Origin: Yuukianura sp. NJ FZ-2021
Lineage: Eukaryota
DNA length: 64,000 nt
Assembly: GCA_046563655.1 (NCBI GenBank)
Contig: JAJCTO010000010.1
Coordinates: forward strand, 806,001 to 870,000
Reading direction: 5' to 3'
The translations under genes and the position numbers were made by a program. The notes under the pieces were generated by a model. The model did no database searches. It was not told where the DNA came from and was given only the letters and a program-made list of their open reading frames with translations. Every line of letters starts with the position of its first letter. Position 1 is the first letter of the stretch. Below are positions 11,021-22,289 of this stretch, piece by piece.

Positions 11021-14000
11021 TTACTCAGTCAGGTGCGTTTTGCGCTCATATTTTCGCGCTAAACGGAAAGTAGCTTTTGGGGCAGCAGCGCGTTTTGGGC
11101 GATTAGAAATCGGGGGATTTGTGTTGGCAGGGACACAAACAGCGGGATTTTCGCGAACAACAGGAGGCAGGGGATCCTGCGCTTGCGCAATCGATGGAAT
11201 TGGGATTTCTTGGTCACAACGCGATTCGGGACTTGGAATGACATTATCGGGAGGGTCAGAATTTTGGGGGAGGGGCGGGTTTGAAGTACTGGGGTCGTTT
11301 TGGGGCAATTGGTTCTGTCGTTGGGGTAACTTAATGTGGGTTTTTGGCAGGAAATTTCTGGCGACGGCTGGTTCGGAAACGACGGGAGGGGGCTCAAAAT
11401 CGCTGTCACACGACTCGTAAGTGGAGGAACTACTTTCCGCTGACGCAGAGGAGCTTTCCTCACGCGCCTTATAGGGTTTTAAACGCTGGATATTGACAAC
11501 TGTCTCGTAGGGCTTATGGGGGACAAGGGAAGTGATACGAACGGTGGAGTTTGCGTAGACTTCTAAAATTTTGTAGGGACCATTCCATTTTCGGGTGAAC
11601 TTTTTGACATGGGACTTTTTCCGTTGGAAATTTCTGACAAGAACTTTCATCCCGACGACGTATTTAGGGTAGTGGACTTGCGTTTGGGCTTGGGCACGAA
11701 GGATTTGTTGTTCTCGAGACAGCTCGTGAGCGACATTATTTGCCTCAAATAAACGATCTAAGTAATCGTCTTGGGGTAACTCGTCAGGGGGCAAAAGGAA
11801 GAGCTTGTCAACGGGAAGAACAGGCTCACGACCGTAAACCAGAAAGTACGCAGAGAATGTCGTAGTCTTGTGGACGGAACAATTCAGGGAGAAGACGGCA
11901 CGGGGAATGTGGAGGTCCCAATCTTTGTGATTGTCAGAAACGAATTTCGCGATGACGGACTTGACAGTGCCGTTGTGACGCTCACAAACGCCATTCGATT
12001 GGGGATGGTAGGAAGTCGTACTGCGGTGTTCAATGGCGTGGTGTTTACAGAACTCAGCGAATTCTTCCGACTGGAAAACCGAACCACGATCGGAGAGAAG
12101 GATTTTGGGAACTCCGTGTCGGTAGAGGACATGTTTGGTCAAAACTTTGATGGCGTGAGCAGAAGTTGCTGCGGGGACTGGCCAGGCTTCCACGTAACGG
12201 GTGTGGAGGTCAACAATGGTCAAGATGTACGTGTTTCTTCTCGCCGTGAGGGGGAAGGGGCCAATGTAGTCCAGCGCTAGGGATTGGAAGGGGACGGAGG
12301 GAACGTCAAGACCGACGCTATTTGGGGGAAGGGGAAAGTACCGACGATTGTGGATTTGGCATTCGTGACACGAATTGACGAATTTGACAACGTCACGGTA
12401 CATCCGAGGCCAGTAGAAGCGGGAACGGAGTAAATGCCAAGTTTTGTGGAGTCCGAGGTGACTTAGGGAGTCTGTATGGGCCGATTCCATGGTGGATTTT
12501 CTAAGGGACTTAGGAAGAACTAAACGCCACAAGTTACCAAACTCGGAATAATTAATTCTGTATAAAACTCCATTACGAAGGCTATACTCACGTACGTGTT
12601 TCGGCTCTTTAAGGGAATGTTGTTTACCAGACTGCTCGGCTTTAAGATACTCGATTATCGGTGACCAATCCGGTTCTTTAAGTTGGAGCTCACGAAGTTT
12701 GGTGTCACGAACTCTTCGGGGGGCATCAGGGGAAACGTTGAGCGCCAACAAATGGTGCTCAATCGCTAAGTGGTCAGTGTCGGAAGGGGCTGGGTCAACG
12801 GGGTTACGAGAAAGGGGATCCGCGTCTGTGTGTACTCTTCCGTTTCTGTGTATCACCGTAAAGTCGTAGGGTTGGAGGGCTAGGGACCAACGGGATATTT
12901 GTCCATACGGATCTTTAAATTTGAGCATGTTACAGAGGGAATGGTGGTCTGTAACAACTTTGAAGTGTCGACCGTAGAGATAGGGACGGAACTTTTCAAC
13001 TGCCCAAACGAACGCTTTCATTTCGAGCTGGGGAGTACCAAATTTGGATTCGGAGGGGGAAAGGGCACGGGACGCGTAGGCGACTACTCTCTCTTGTCCA
13101 TCTTGCATCTGGGTCAACGTAGCACCAAAACCGAGTCCTGACGCGTCGCAATGAACCGCTGTCTCCGCTTCCTCATCAGGAAACGCTAAGACAGGGGCTG
13201 AGGTCAATTTGTCTTTAAGGGTTTGGAAAGCTTCTTCAGCTTCTGGGGGCCAAGTAAAGGGATCCGTACGTGTTTTAGCACACAGGACATGGAGGGGACG
13301 GGCAATGTTCGCAAAATTTTCTACAAATCTGCGGTAGTAACTACACAGACTCACGAACGATCTTACACCTCGGGAATTTTTGGGGGTGGGAAACTCTCGA
13401 ACTGCGTGGGTTTTGGCGGGGTCAACGGAAATTCCGTCTCGGGAAATAATATGGCCAAGGAATTTGAGGGAATCTTCTCCAAAATTGCACTTCTTCGGTT
13501 TTAGACTGAGTCCAGCACGTCGAAGGCAAGAGAAGATTTGGGAAAGGTGGTCAAGGTGCTCCTCAAATGTCCGGGAAAAACAGGTAATGTCGTCAAGGTA
13601 GATTGGGGCAACTGTCCATTTTAAACGTCCCAAGACATTGTCTATGAGACGCTGCCAAGTACTGGGGGCATTACACAGACCAAAGGGCATGACGACAAAC
13701 TCATATTGTCCGTCGGGGGTTACGAAACTTGTCTTTTCGCGATCTTGGGGGTCAACCTCGATTTGGTAGTAGGCTTGGTCGCAGTCCATCGAAGAGAAAT
13801 ACTTGGCGCCATTGAGACGATCAAGGGTATCGTCTATTCGGGGGAGGGGGTAGGAGTCTTTTCGGGTAACGTCGTTAAGTTTTCGAAAATCCACGCAGAA
13901 CCTCCAGCTATTGTCTGGCTTCTTAACCAGAAGGACGGGGGAACACCAGGGGCTGTCACTAGGGGTTATCGCTCCAAGGTCTAGAAGTCTTTCAACTTCT

Positions 14001-15913
14001 TTCTGGATTTCACGTCTTTCAGTGAAACCAGTTCTGTGGGGATGGGTACGAATGGGAGGGGCATCTCCAGTGTCTATTTTGTGGGTCACAAGATGAGTTC
14101 GTCCTAGGGTTTTGGGGTCAAAGTTGAAAACATCCATGTTGGAAACAAGGAAATTTTTCATTTTCTCTTGCTGTTCGGGGGTTAGGGTTTTGGAAATTTG
14201 GAACGCATCGATCCGTTTTTGAAGTCTCAGAGCCGTAATTTCGGCATCGTCGTCATCATTGACGACAAAATTACAGATTGAATGCGCTGGGAGGGAAGGT
14301 TGGGAAGATTTGTTATTTACAGGGTCGAATTCGTCAAGGTTACAGATCACAGAGGATTCTGCAAAGGGTTCGAAGGTGCCAATGGAGATATTCTGTAGTA
14401 GTTTGACTGGCCGGTCGCTCAAGTTCCAGAGGTAGGTAACTCCTGTGCCATCGTGTAAGTGGGAAATTGAATTTCCTATGGCGACGTGACGAGCATATTG
14501 CAGCTCTTTTCTCGGAGAAATTAGGATATCCCCGGTAAACGGGTTATCTGACCGAACGCTAACGCGTTTCATGGTCCGTGGATTGATGATGTAGGAACGA
14601 GCCAACCGGAGAAAGTCAGGCGAAGTGGCACTTTGGGACAAATTGGAATTATCAACGAAGGATGCTTCGGAGTTCTGTAGAGTACTGGGGTTGGAAGAAT
14701 CGGAATTTTCGGACGAACTCTGGGGTTTGGGCTGACACTTTGGAGACTTTTTAGGGAGTTTGGGCTTTACATGTCTGGGTTTGGGTACTGGGGGTTCTGG
14801 GGGCGAACTGGAGGGATCTGAACCATCCCTATCCGACGGATCGGACAGAGACAGCTTGTGGAGGGCATTAAACTCGGACTTCTTGACTAGCACATACTCA
14901 TTTCTGAGATCAGTGCATGGGAGTTCACCTCGTACAAGGCGTTCGTTAAGGGGGTCAAGGAGAAGCCGCTCGGAACGGAGAAAATCCGAACCGATGACTA
15001 TGTCGTTAGACAAATGGGGGAAAATGTGGAAGGGATATTTGAAGGGGACGCCAGCAATGGAGAATTCAATGTCGACTGATTGGAGGGAATCGCATGGAAT
15101 GTAACTTCCAAAAGACAGCTTAACCCTTACGGGTTGAACATTGTTCACATTGGAAACAACGCTGGGGAATTTGGTCAGAAAACTGGGGTGGACACAACAG
15201 AGCGATGCTCCGCTATCGCAAAGGACTGGGATGGTAGTTGAGGCAAAGACGACGTCGATATGGAATGTGGAATACTTTGGGGCATTGAGGGCAGCAATTA
15301 CATTCGCGGCGGAAACACCACAGGGTAGTTCGGAGTCTGGGTCTTGGGACATTGGGGCTTGGGGCGGAAATACTGGGGAAAGTACGATTGCGTCTGGACT
15401 GGCTGTAGCAACCCACTCATCAACTCGGCTCACATTGTTCGGATGGATCCCAAATCTGGAGGTCAACGAAAACTCGGGGCGGGGAGGGGGCATAACGGCT
15501 GGGGGGTTCAATGGGGGGAAAACACAAAGGTCGGAAGTACCAATGGCTACGGAAACGACAGGCTTTACGGAAACATCGGAAGGCACACAACGGGATTTGG
15601 GTCTGGAAACGGCGGGAAAATCGTGTGGAGAGGGTGGACTTGCCTCCCCAACGACTAAGGGTAAAGTACGGTCATTGTGGGAACAACATTTGGGACAGGA
15701 CACTTTTTGATTTAGGGCTTGTTGGAGTTTGGTGTATAACTCCTGGGAAATGACTGGATTCTGAGAACTGGGCTTTCTGCCAAAAGCCGACAAGTTCTTA
15801 TAAATGGGGAAAGTTGGTTGTTTGTTTTTTCGTCTTTTGGTTCTTAATTGGGAATTATTTGGTGGTAAGGTCATGGTAGGGGTGGGGACTGGAAGCGGCT
15901 GTCGTCCCTGCAA
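11021..15913 (-). CDS. pol: Gypsy 1 pol (PR-RT-RNase H-integrase), uninterrupted
   Basis: LCDSGAS; WRFCVDFRKLN; YLDD; CDASG; H..H..C..C; LDYIGP...SDRG...ERHNG; GPY motif. Confidence 0.97.
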   Translation of the reverse strand: MQGRQPLPVPTPTMTLPPNNSQLRTKRRKNKQPTFPIYKNLSAFGRKPSSQNPVISQELYTKLQQALNQKVSCPKCCSHNDRTLPLVVGEASPPSPHDFPAVSRPKSRCVPSDVSVKPVVSVAIGTSDLCVFPPLNPPAVMPPPRPEFSLTSRFGIHPNNVSRVDEWVATASPDAIVLSPVFPPQAPMSQDPDSELPCGVSAANVIAALNAPKYSTFHIDVVFASTTIPVLCDSGASLCCVHPSFLTKFPSVVSNVNNVQPVRVKLSFGSYIPCDSLQSVDIEFSIAGVPFKYPFHIFPHLSNDIVIGSDFLRSERLLLDPLNERLVRGELPCTDLRNEYVLVKKSEFNALHKLSLSDPSDRDGSDPSSSPPEPPVPKPRHVKPKLPKKSPKCQPKPQSSSENSDSSNPSTLQNSEASFVDNSNLSQSATSPDFLRLARSYIINPRTMKRVSVRSDNPFTGDILISPRKELQYARHVAIGNSISHLHDGTGVTYLWNLSDRPVKLLQNISIGTFEPFAESSVICNLDEFDPVNNKSSQPSLPAHSICNFVVNDDDDAEITALRLQKRIDAFQISKTLTPEQQEKMKNFLVSNMDVFNFDPKTLGRTHLVTHKIDTGDAPPIRTHPHRTGFTERREIQKEVERLLDLGAITPSDSPWCSPVLLVKKPDNSWRFCVDFRKLNDVTRKDSYPLPRIDDTLDRLNGAKYFSSMDCDQAYYQIEVDPQDREKTSFVTPDGQYEFVVMPFGLCNAPSTWQRLIDNVLGRLKWTVAPIYLDDITCFSRTFEEHLDHLSQIFSCLRRAGLSLKPKKCNFGEDSLKFLGHIISRDGISVDPAKTHAVREFPTPKNSRGVRSFVSLCSYYRRFVENFANIARPLHVLCAKTRTDPFTWPPEAEEAFQTLKDKLTSAPVLAFPDEEAETAVHCDASGLGFGATLTQMQDGQERVVAYASRALSPSESKFGTPQLEMKAFVWAVEKFRPYLYGRHFKVVTDHHSLCNMLKFKDPYGQISRWSLALQPYDFTVIHRNGRVHTDADPLSRNPVDPAPSDTDHLAIEHHLLALNVSPDAPRRVRDTKLRELQLKEPDWSPIIEYLKAEQSGKQHSLKEPKHVREYSLRNGVLYRINYSEFGNLWRLVLPKSLRKSTMESAHTDSLSHLGLHKTWHLLRSRFYWPRMYRDVVKFVNSCHECQIHNRRYFPLPPNSVGLDVPSVPFQSLALDYIGPFPLTARRNTYILTIVDLHTRYVEAWPVPAATSAHAIKVLTKHVLYRHGVPKILLSDRGSVFQSEEFAEFCKHHAIEHRSTTSYHPQSNGVCERHNGTVKSVIAKFVSDNHKDWDLHIPRAVFSLNCSVHKTTTFSAYFLVYGREPVLPVDKLFLLPPDELPQDDYLDRLFEANNVAHELSREQQILRAQAQTQVHYPKYVVGMKVLVRNFQRKKSHVKKFTRKWNGPYKILEVYANSTVRITSLVPHKPYETVVNIQRLKPYKAREESSSASAESSSSTYESCDSDFEPPPVVSEPAVARNFLPKTHIKLPQRQNQLPQNDPSTSNPPLPQNSDPPDNVIPSPESRCDQEIPIPSIAQAQDPLPPVVRENPAVCVPANTNPPISNRPKRAAAPKATFRLARKYERKTHLTE

Positions 15914-15924
15914 CGACAGCGCTA

Positions 15925-17674
15925 TTAGTTTTCCGGAGGTTTGGGAACAATGGCATCTCCAATTTTCTTGAGGAGATCAGTCATGGCAGAAAAGCCTTGG
16001 ATAATCCGGGGACCCCAATGGTCATCTGGGTTTTGTGGGACTGGAGCAGGTTGCGGGGCATTGGAGGGTCCAGGGGATGGTTTAAAGACCACAGAAGTCT
16101 GGGGGGCAACAGCCTGAGCATAGGACACAGGCTGCTGTGGGAACTGACCATAACCTTGCGGCTGTGTGGGACGGGGTTTGAGGGGGTGACATCCGTTGGC
16201 GAGGGGATCCTTGCCTTGGCTTCTCCACCAGTTGTGGCAATAACGTTGGATGTGGCCTGTGCGACTACAAAAATCGCAAATAGGACGTCCGTCTTCTGCA
16301 CGTCTACGTTGTGGCTGTGTCTGTCCGGCTGCTTGTGCTGCGGGAATAAGGGGTTGGGCTTGGTACTGTGAGACTGGCTGCTGTACGGGGTACTGGAGAG
16401 CTGGTTGTGTACCAACTGGGGGGTAATAGGGCTGGGGTGGGGGGTTATTTCCCGATTCCAGAGCATGGAGGGTAAGGACTTGGGCTGAAACTTCTTTGGG
16501 GCGGGTATGAACTTCTGCGACTCTGCGCAGAAGCTTTTGGAAATCAGCAGTGGTGGGAATGGACTGGAGAACGAAAGACTGTTCTAGGTCTGGGGGTAAA
16601 CCGCGGACAAGACGTTTGACTGGATTCTTCGCTCATGTAGGGGTTGATCTTGGACATGAGTTCCAGCTTTTCTGCTACATACTTGTCAATGTTGTCACCC
16701 AGTTTGTAACGTAGGGCTTTGTTGATGTTACGAAGCTCTTCGGCTCGTTCGCGGAGGGAAAAATGAGCAACAAACCGCAATTCGAAGTCGTTCTAGATCT
16801 CTTCGTGGTTGACATTGGGAGTTTCGATTCGTTCGCGTAGTCTTGGCCACACGGATGCAAACCAAGACTGAGCAACTCCAGTTACTACGCGATCGAAATG
16901 GCAAAGGGCTCCTTTGGGACCAAAACCAGAGTCAGCTAGATCGTACTTGTAACGGGCAAGGAATTCGGCTGGGTCACTGCTCCCATCATATTTTCGAATG
17001 TACTTGAAAACTTTGATGTCAGGGAGGGAATCTTGTTGATTGGCAAAGGCTTGGGGAGGGGACACCATTTGGGCTGCATTGGGGAAACTTCCTGCTGCTC
17101 TGGGGGATGCATTGGGCGTAGGGGTTATTGGGCGGGGAATGCTGGTGGGTACTGGAATCGACGTACCTTGGGTTGAGGGGACTGGGACAGGGACTGGTAT
17201 GGAAACAGTGTTTGTCTGACTGTTTCGTCTTTGGCGGGGTTGGTATTGGATCTCCGGGGCGTAATGGGTACTAAACCACACCATTTTCGGGAAGGGGGGT
17301 TAATACTCGTCAATGACAAGTAGTCCTTGGTAGCGGGCAAAGATGACGAGAAGGGTTCTATACCAGGGACCGAACCAACTCCAATGGTAATGGTTTAACC
17401 GTACTATTAGGGCAATGTAATAGTAGGCTTCGGTATAGGGTAAAACTTTAAGGAAGATCTGGTATTCGTTTGGGTATTGTCGCAATCGGTAAATGGGGAA
17501 CAGGTGGAGAACCAGAAAGTCAATGACAGTGGCTAGGGTTCCGTAAAAACAACTTTTAGTTGCTGAGGTTAGGAGGAAGTAACAGCCAAAAATGAGATGG
17601 GCACCCAAATAGATGCCAACTAGGGAAAGGACTAAGATCAGGGACAATCGCAACCAGTAGAGAAAGTTCCACAT
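15925..17674 (-). pseudogene. gag: Gypsy 1 gag (disrupted), with hydrophobic N-terminal extension and CCHC knuckle
   Basis: ORFs 17674-17300, 17284-16793 and 16780-16544 share one frame, separated by single stops. KYDGSSDPAEFL capsid-like motif. CDFCSRTGHIQRYC knuckle at about 16235-16280. Confidence 0.8.
15928..15934 (-). promoter_or_regulatory. Probable -1 ribosomal frameshift site G_GAA_AAC (gag to pol)
   Basis: gag ends ccg gaa aac taa. The -1 frame continues cta ata gcg ctg tcg ttg cag into pol. Confidence 0.7.
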
Positions 17675-18424
17675 GGGTGGGGGTCAAGGGCGGGGGTTTT
17701 CAACAGTTACTCGAAGTAACTTGCTACTGGGGGAACAGCCGTCTCAGTTGTCGGAGGAGGAATCGTTCCAAAATAGTTCGTAGGACTTCGTAGATGACAG
17801 TGAGTACCAGGACCAGGATTAGCCACACGGTCGTTTCAATCATTCGGGGGAGCGGGGATACTTTTCTGGAATATAGGGAGAATTAGTAATTGGACCAAAA
17901 AATAATTGTTTCTTAATTAGGGGACTAAATTATTTTTTTTTTTTAATTTTAAATACCAAAACCTAGAAACAAAAGAAAATTATTAAAGAAACGAAGATGG
18001 GCTATGGGGCTATGGTTTTCACCAAATTCCTCCAAAACCTTTTAAATCCGATGAAGAATGAGCCAAAAACACGCGAAAACCAAAATAGCCGTAGTCACTT
18101 TGGCTAACGAGAGCCAAATTAACACACCGCAAAACCAAAGAAAGAATTCAACCAAAAGAGGGGAGGGTTGAACCATAACACACCGACTTTGGGAAAATTT
18201 GGGGTGGGTAGGGGCTTTCGGAATTAAAAATCCGAGAAATCTGAAGAATTCCGACGATTAGGTAGGGTAGTGCGACGTTGGGATGCGAGAAATCGCAATT
18301 GGGAAATTATCCGATGAGTCTGGGGAATGGTCGCACCTGCTTGCGTCCAAGTCGCAAGTGGTTGCGATCAGCGCAGACTGTAGTTGTTGGATGTGTCAGT
18401 TGGGGGGATAATCGGTGGGACTTG

Positions 18425-18900
18425 GGCCAAAAACTGCTAAGTGTTTTGAATTTGGGAAAAATCGGGCAGCGTTTTGGTAGGGGGTGAGGGATATTCAAAT
18501 TGGGTGATGTTTCAATAGGGGGGAGGGATAAACAAATTCGAAAATTCGCTAAGTTTTTGAAATTGGGAAAAATTTGGGCAGAGTTCTGTTACGGGGTGAG
18601 GGAAAGCCTATTTAGGTACTGTTCAGTGGGGGGGGGGAATACTAAATTTTGAGAAATCTACAAAGTGTTTGAAATTTTAGAAAATTTTGGACAGGGTTTG
18701 TTTAGGGAATCAAAATTTCAATTTAAGGTAAGGCTTAGGGAAGGGAAGGTCACTTGGAGGAGAGTCAATGACTTTATCTGGTAGTGGGACTATTTTTGGA
18801 CTTTGGTGGGGCTGGTGGGGACGAAAAACGCTAAGTTTTTTAACTTTTGAAAAAATTTTGCGCGGGGGAGGTTTAGGGAAAGCGATTTAGCGCGAAAAAC
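18425..18900. repeat. Diverged ~105-125-bp tandem repeats in the Gypsy 1 leader
   Basis: The motif gctaagt(g)ttttgaa..tgggaaaa..tgggcag and variants recur at about 18435, 18548, 18660 and 18830. Confidence 0.6.
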
Positions 18901-19275
18901 GGGGTCACTTTAAGGGAGCAGGGGGATAAACGCCGGGGGGTGGGGCGCTACAACGCAATAAACAACAACCTGACCTTTGATTTGACCTTGGTGGCTCTTC
19001 GGTGGCTCAGTAGTCGCTCGGAGGGCGGTTGTTCAGAAGAAAGTCGGTGGCTCAGGAGAGATACGGTGGCTCAGAAGACAATTCGGTGGCTCTCGCTTTG
19101 TTGGCTCAAAAAATGGAAGGACGGAGGAGCTAAAAATAATCGAAAAAGAATGAGAAACCGAACCAAAAAATAAGCTTAAAAAAAAACAAAAATTATTTAG
19201 GATGTGGGAGTGAGGTATGGGTTTGGGGTCAAATTGGGGTCAAGGGTCAAAGGAAAGCCCGTCTGAGGCCCCACT

Positions 19276-19897
19276 TGAGAGGAGGTTGACTCCTCAACGG
19301 GCCGCCGTGCAGGCACCCGGAATGATGGGTCAACGAACGGGTCACGAGAGTGACCCGGAACAATAAATCAGACGTGGAGTGGGCGGATAATGGGGGAAAC
19401 AAAATAATGTTTATTTAAATAAAGAAAAAAACGAGAAAACGAAAAGAACCAATATGTTGTGGGTGTGTCCGGTGGTTTTGGGTCGTGTCCAGTGCTTGGT
19501 GGGTCTTGTCCAGTGCTTCGTGGGTCTTGTCCAGTGGTGGTTGGGGTCACGGCGTGGTCCACTGACCGAGAAGAAGTATGGCTGCCGGTGGAGAGAGCTG
19601 AGTCGTGGACTGGACGGCTCGGTAACTGGAGGGAGACTGCCAGGAGGAAGTGGGATTGGGCTTCTGCCTGTGAACAGGCAGAAGATTCTAGAATCTTCTA
19701 GAAGGTGGTTTGGGGGATTCGGGAAGGGGGAAAAACACACGGCATTGTGGGGAAAACGCCTTGTCATGTTCCTTTGCAGGAGCATGGCAAGGGCTAGTGG
19801 GGGAAAATACTGGACTTGGGGAGGAGTCTTGGTTTCATTCGAAACCAAGACTAAAAAGAAACGAATTTCGGACGGGAGAGGGAGTAACCTCCTCACA
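19276..19897 (-). repeat. 5' LTR of Gypsy 1
   Basis: Termini tgagaggagg...cctcctcaca. PBS adjacent on the minus strand. Confidence 0.95.
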
Positions 19898-19901
19898 CTG
19901 A

Positions 19902-20028
19902 CGGTTGGAACTTTGAATAAGTTCCTGGGCATTGAAATTGTCCAAAAGAAAAACAGAATCTTAATTCATCAACGAGGATACATCGAAGCCATGCTTGAGC
20001 GATTTAATATGTCCAGTTGCAAACCTAG
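19902..20028 (+). pseudogene. pol: Copia RT continuation, cut again by an LTR
   Basis: FLGIEI...ILIHQRGYIEAMLERFNMSSCKP. Confidence 0.9.
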
Positions 20029-21057
20029 TGTAACGTCGGATTTTGACTTCTCCCGAAATTCGTATTTCGGGACAAGTTAAAATCTGGATGAATTGCTAAT
20101 TATGAGTAATTAGCGATAAGAGTGTAAAAGAGAACGAGTATGCAAATTGGGAAACTCGCTTTCGCAACAAAGTTGCAAAGACTTATGATATTTGATCTTT
20201 GCTCTGACAGATCAGAAGAGGGCCGACGCAGCAGTTTTACTTGTCCAACAAGTTTTACACTTGTTGGACATGCGATGTCACATGAATAGCGAGTGATTTT
20301 AATTCAAATTGACGAGATGTCAATTTGCATACGATCGCAACTTTGTCTGATATCAGACATTAATGACTGAATTGGATCATAAATCCTGGTCATTAACGTC
20401 TGATCACGGACTTGAGTCCCAAGGGTGTTGCCAAGGGTGGTCAAACCTTGAGGATAGCGTGGGTCAAGATCTAGGTTATAAATACTAGTGGAAATTGTAT
20501 AGAAGTAAAGTCAATCTTAAATTAGGTTTTCTGCTAGAGACTAAGTAAGTCAGTCTTAGGTTAGCTTTCTTTCGAAACTCCTTAAAAGTCATTTTCGAAT
20601 TAGCTTTTCTCATAAGCTCTTAACGGGATCAAGGGTACTCTTTCGGGAAATAAATTCTTCAAAATTCCACATTCTGACTGTTGGCTTCACTTTCTGCTCT
20701 GGACTTAGGCATTGCGAAATTCAACTGTAGCTGAAGGAGGTAATTAACCAGTCATACTCTTTTATTGTCATGATACATAGAGTTAGTCTTTTCAAATCCA
20801 ATAGTAACGAGGGTAGTTAGGCTGGTAGGTAAGATCAAGTGGGTTTGGTCCTTTCTCATCTCAGGCAGTTAGATTAGGTTGCTCCTTAAGGGCCCGAGAG
20901 GGTCAAAGGCTTTAGGTCACGAGGGGTGAGCGGGTGTTAGACCCGCAGAGGCCTGGGGGCCTCGGCTATTGGTAATTTTCAGAGAATTGCCAGTAGTTTT
21001 TCATTGAGGCAAAGGTTTTTCAAACATTGTAACGAGTCGAAGATTCACCCCGTTTCA
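20029..21057 (+). mobile_element. Solo LTR (~1.03 kb) with non-matching flanks
   Basis: Termini tgtaacg...cgtttca. TATA-like ttataaata at about 20476 and AATAAA at about 20649. Copia lies to the left and the penton frame to the right. Confidence 0.6.
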
Positions 21058-21944
21058 AATACGAGGTCCATAGTTCCGCAGTGGCCAACATTGAAGACCT
21101 GGTGAACACTATAAACAGTATATGCAGAAGTAGCGATATTTCCATCTACATATTCATCAATCAAAACACCGTGAGAATTCTTTGGAAAGGAACTTCTAAA
21201 ATGCAAGCCTTCTTCACACCAGAAATTAACCGACTATTTGGAATTCCACAAACTACGGTTTTCCGAGAAGCTAAAGAATACATCTACAATTTACCGGAAG
21301 GAACTATATACAAGTCAATGAGAGAACCAATTGTCCTTTCGCAAACTAGCAATGCAATTCGACCAACTGCTGAGGAAGTTCAACCAGTTCCATCTGAGAA
21401 AATTCCTGAAATTAGACCAGTTCAGCCAGTTCAATCTAATCTTGAGGAAATTGAGCCAGTCTCAAAACCTGTGTCTTTAGAAGAAAATCAACCAGTGGTA
21501 AAACCTGGGGAAAATCAACCAGTGAGAAAAACCTCCAAAGAAATTACAGAGGAATCTTCAATTGACAAGACAACTGAAGCAGAGTCCTCCCCCAGTGAGG
21601 ATGAAGAGGAATCTCCGGTCAAGGTCTCTGGTCTTCATAAGTGCGAAGGGGTAGGGGCTTACCTTATATTCCTTACAGCGGGAAATACCAAATTATTTGT
21701 TTATTGTAATTTGGTCAGACCTCAGTATATTGGAGACAGATTAGCCCCTTGTCTTCGTGTGGTACCCTACAGTGGAAACAATCGTGAACAACAACATCAT
21801 GAATTTATACATCCTCATTTTATGGAGCTTGCCTTGTCAGAATTCGACACAGTGCACGTGTATATATTAAACGAAAGTGGTGAAAGAATGCCATTACTGT
21901 TTGGAAGTGTGACGGTGACACTACAATTTCGAGAAAAAAAATGA
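21058..21944 (+). pseudogene. Polinton minor capsid (penton), 5'-truncated
   Basis: C-terminal LFVYCNLVRPQYIGDRLAPCLRVV...EFIHPHF...EFDTVHVYILNESGE...VTLQFR. Lacks the N-terminal FYVTLxSN motif seen in 36258..37294. Confidence 0.85.
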
Positions 21945-22288
21945 ATTATCACTTGCAAAACGGAGGAGCATTTGACGACGGACGTCTGTATTTTGCCGGC
22001 ATCCGAAGACAACGAGGTGGAGGTCTTGGTGGTGTCTTTGGTAGCGTAGCTCGCTATCTTGTACCATTCTTGAAAAAATTTATTCTACCACATGCAACAT
22101 CTGCAATTACCAGTATTGCCACCGACATGGTTGCAAAGAAGCAACCACTTTCCTCTGCGATAAAGGAACATGGACGGGAAGCTTTAAAAAGAGTTGGATC
22201 ACAGATTATGGATCAGTCTGGTTCTGGGAAGCGAAGGAAGCGCAATCAGAAAAGGAAGCGGAAAACTGACGGAAAGTTTCTGTTCTAA
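21941..22288 (+). CDS. Polinton small core/membrane-active precursor protein with QxGxG sites
   Basis: QRGGGLGGVFGSVARYLVPFLKK amphipathic segment, QSGSG, basic tail. Lies between penton and MCP. Confidence 0.75.
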   Translation: MNYHLQNGGAFDDGRLYFAGIRRQRGGGLGGVFGSVARYLVPFLKKFILPHATSAITSIATDMVAKKQPLSSAIKEHGREALKRVGSQIMDQSGSGKRRKRNQKRKRKTDGKFLF

Positions 22289-22289
22289 A

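Larger units (their letters stand above)
9132..19897 (-). mobile_element. Full-length Ty3/Gypsy LTR retrotransposon 1 (10.8 kb) inserted in the Copia RT
   Basis: LTRs 9132-9754 and 19276-19897. TSD CTGA at 9128-9131 and 19898-19901. PBS TGGGGCCTCAGACGGG (tRNA-Pro-like) follows the 5' LTR. Removing the element restores Copia FKLTVGTLNKFLGIEI. Confidence 0.95.

Noticed and set aside
9309..16371. Numerous plus-strand and alternate-frame ORFs over Gypsy 1
   Set aside because: Shadow frames of pol, ORF3 and LTR sequence in compositionally skewed DNA.
19454..20080. 208-aa ORF as a real gene
   Set aside because: Chimera of Gypsy LTR, Copia RT fragment and the next LTR.
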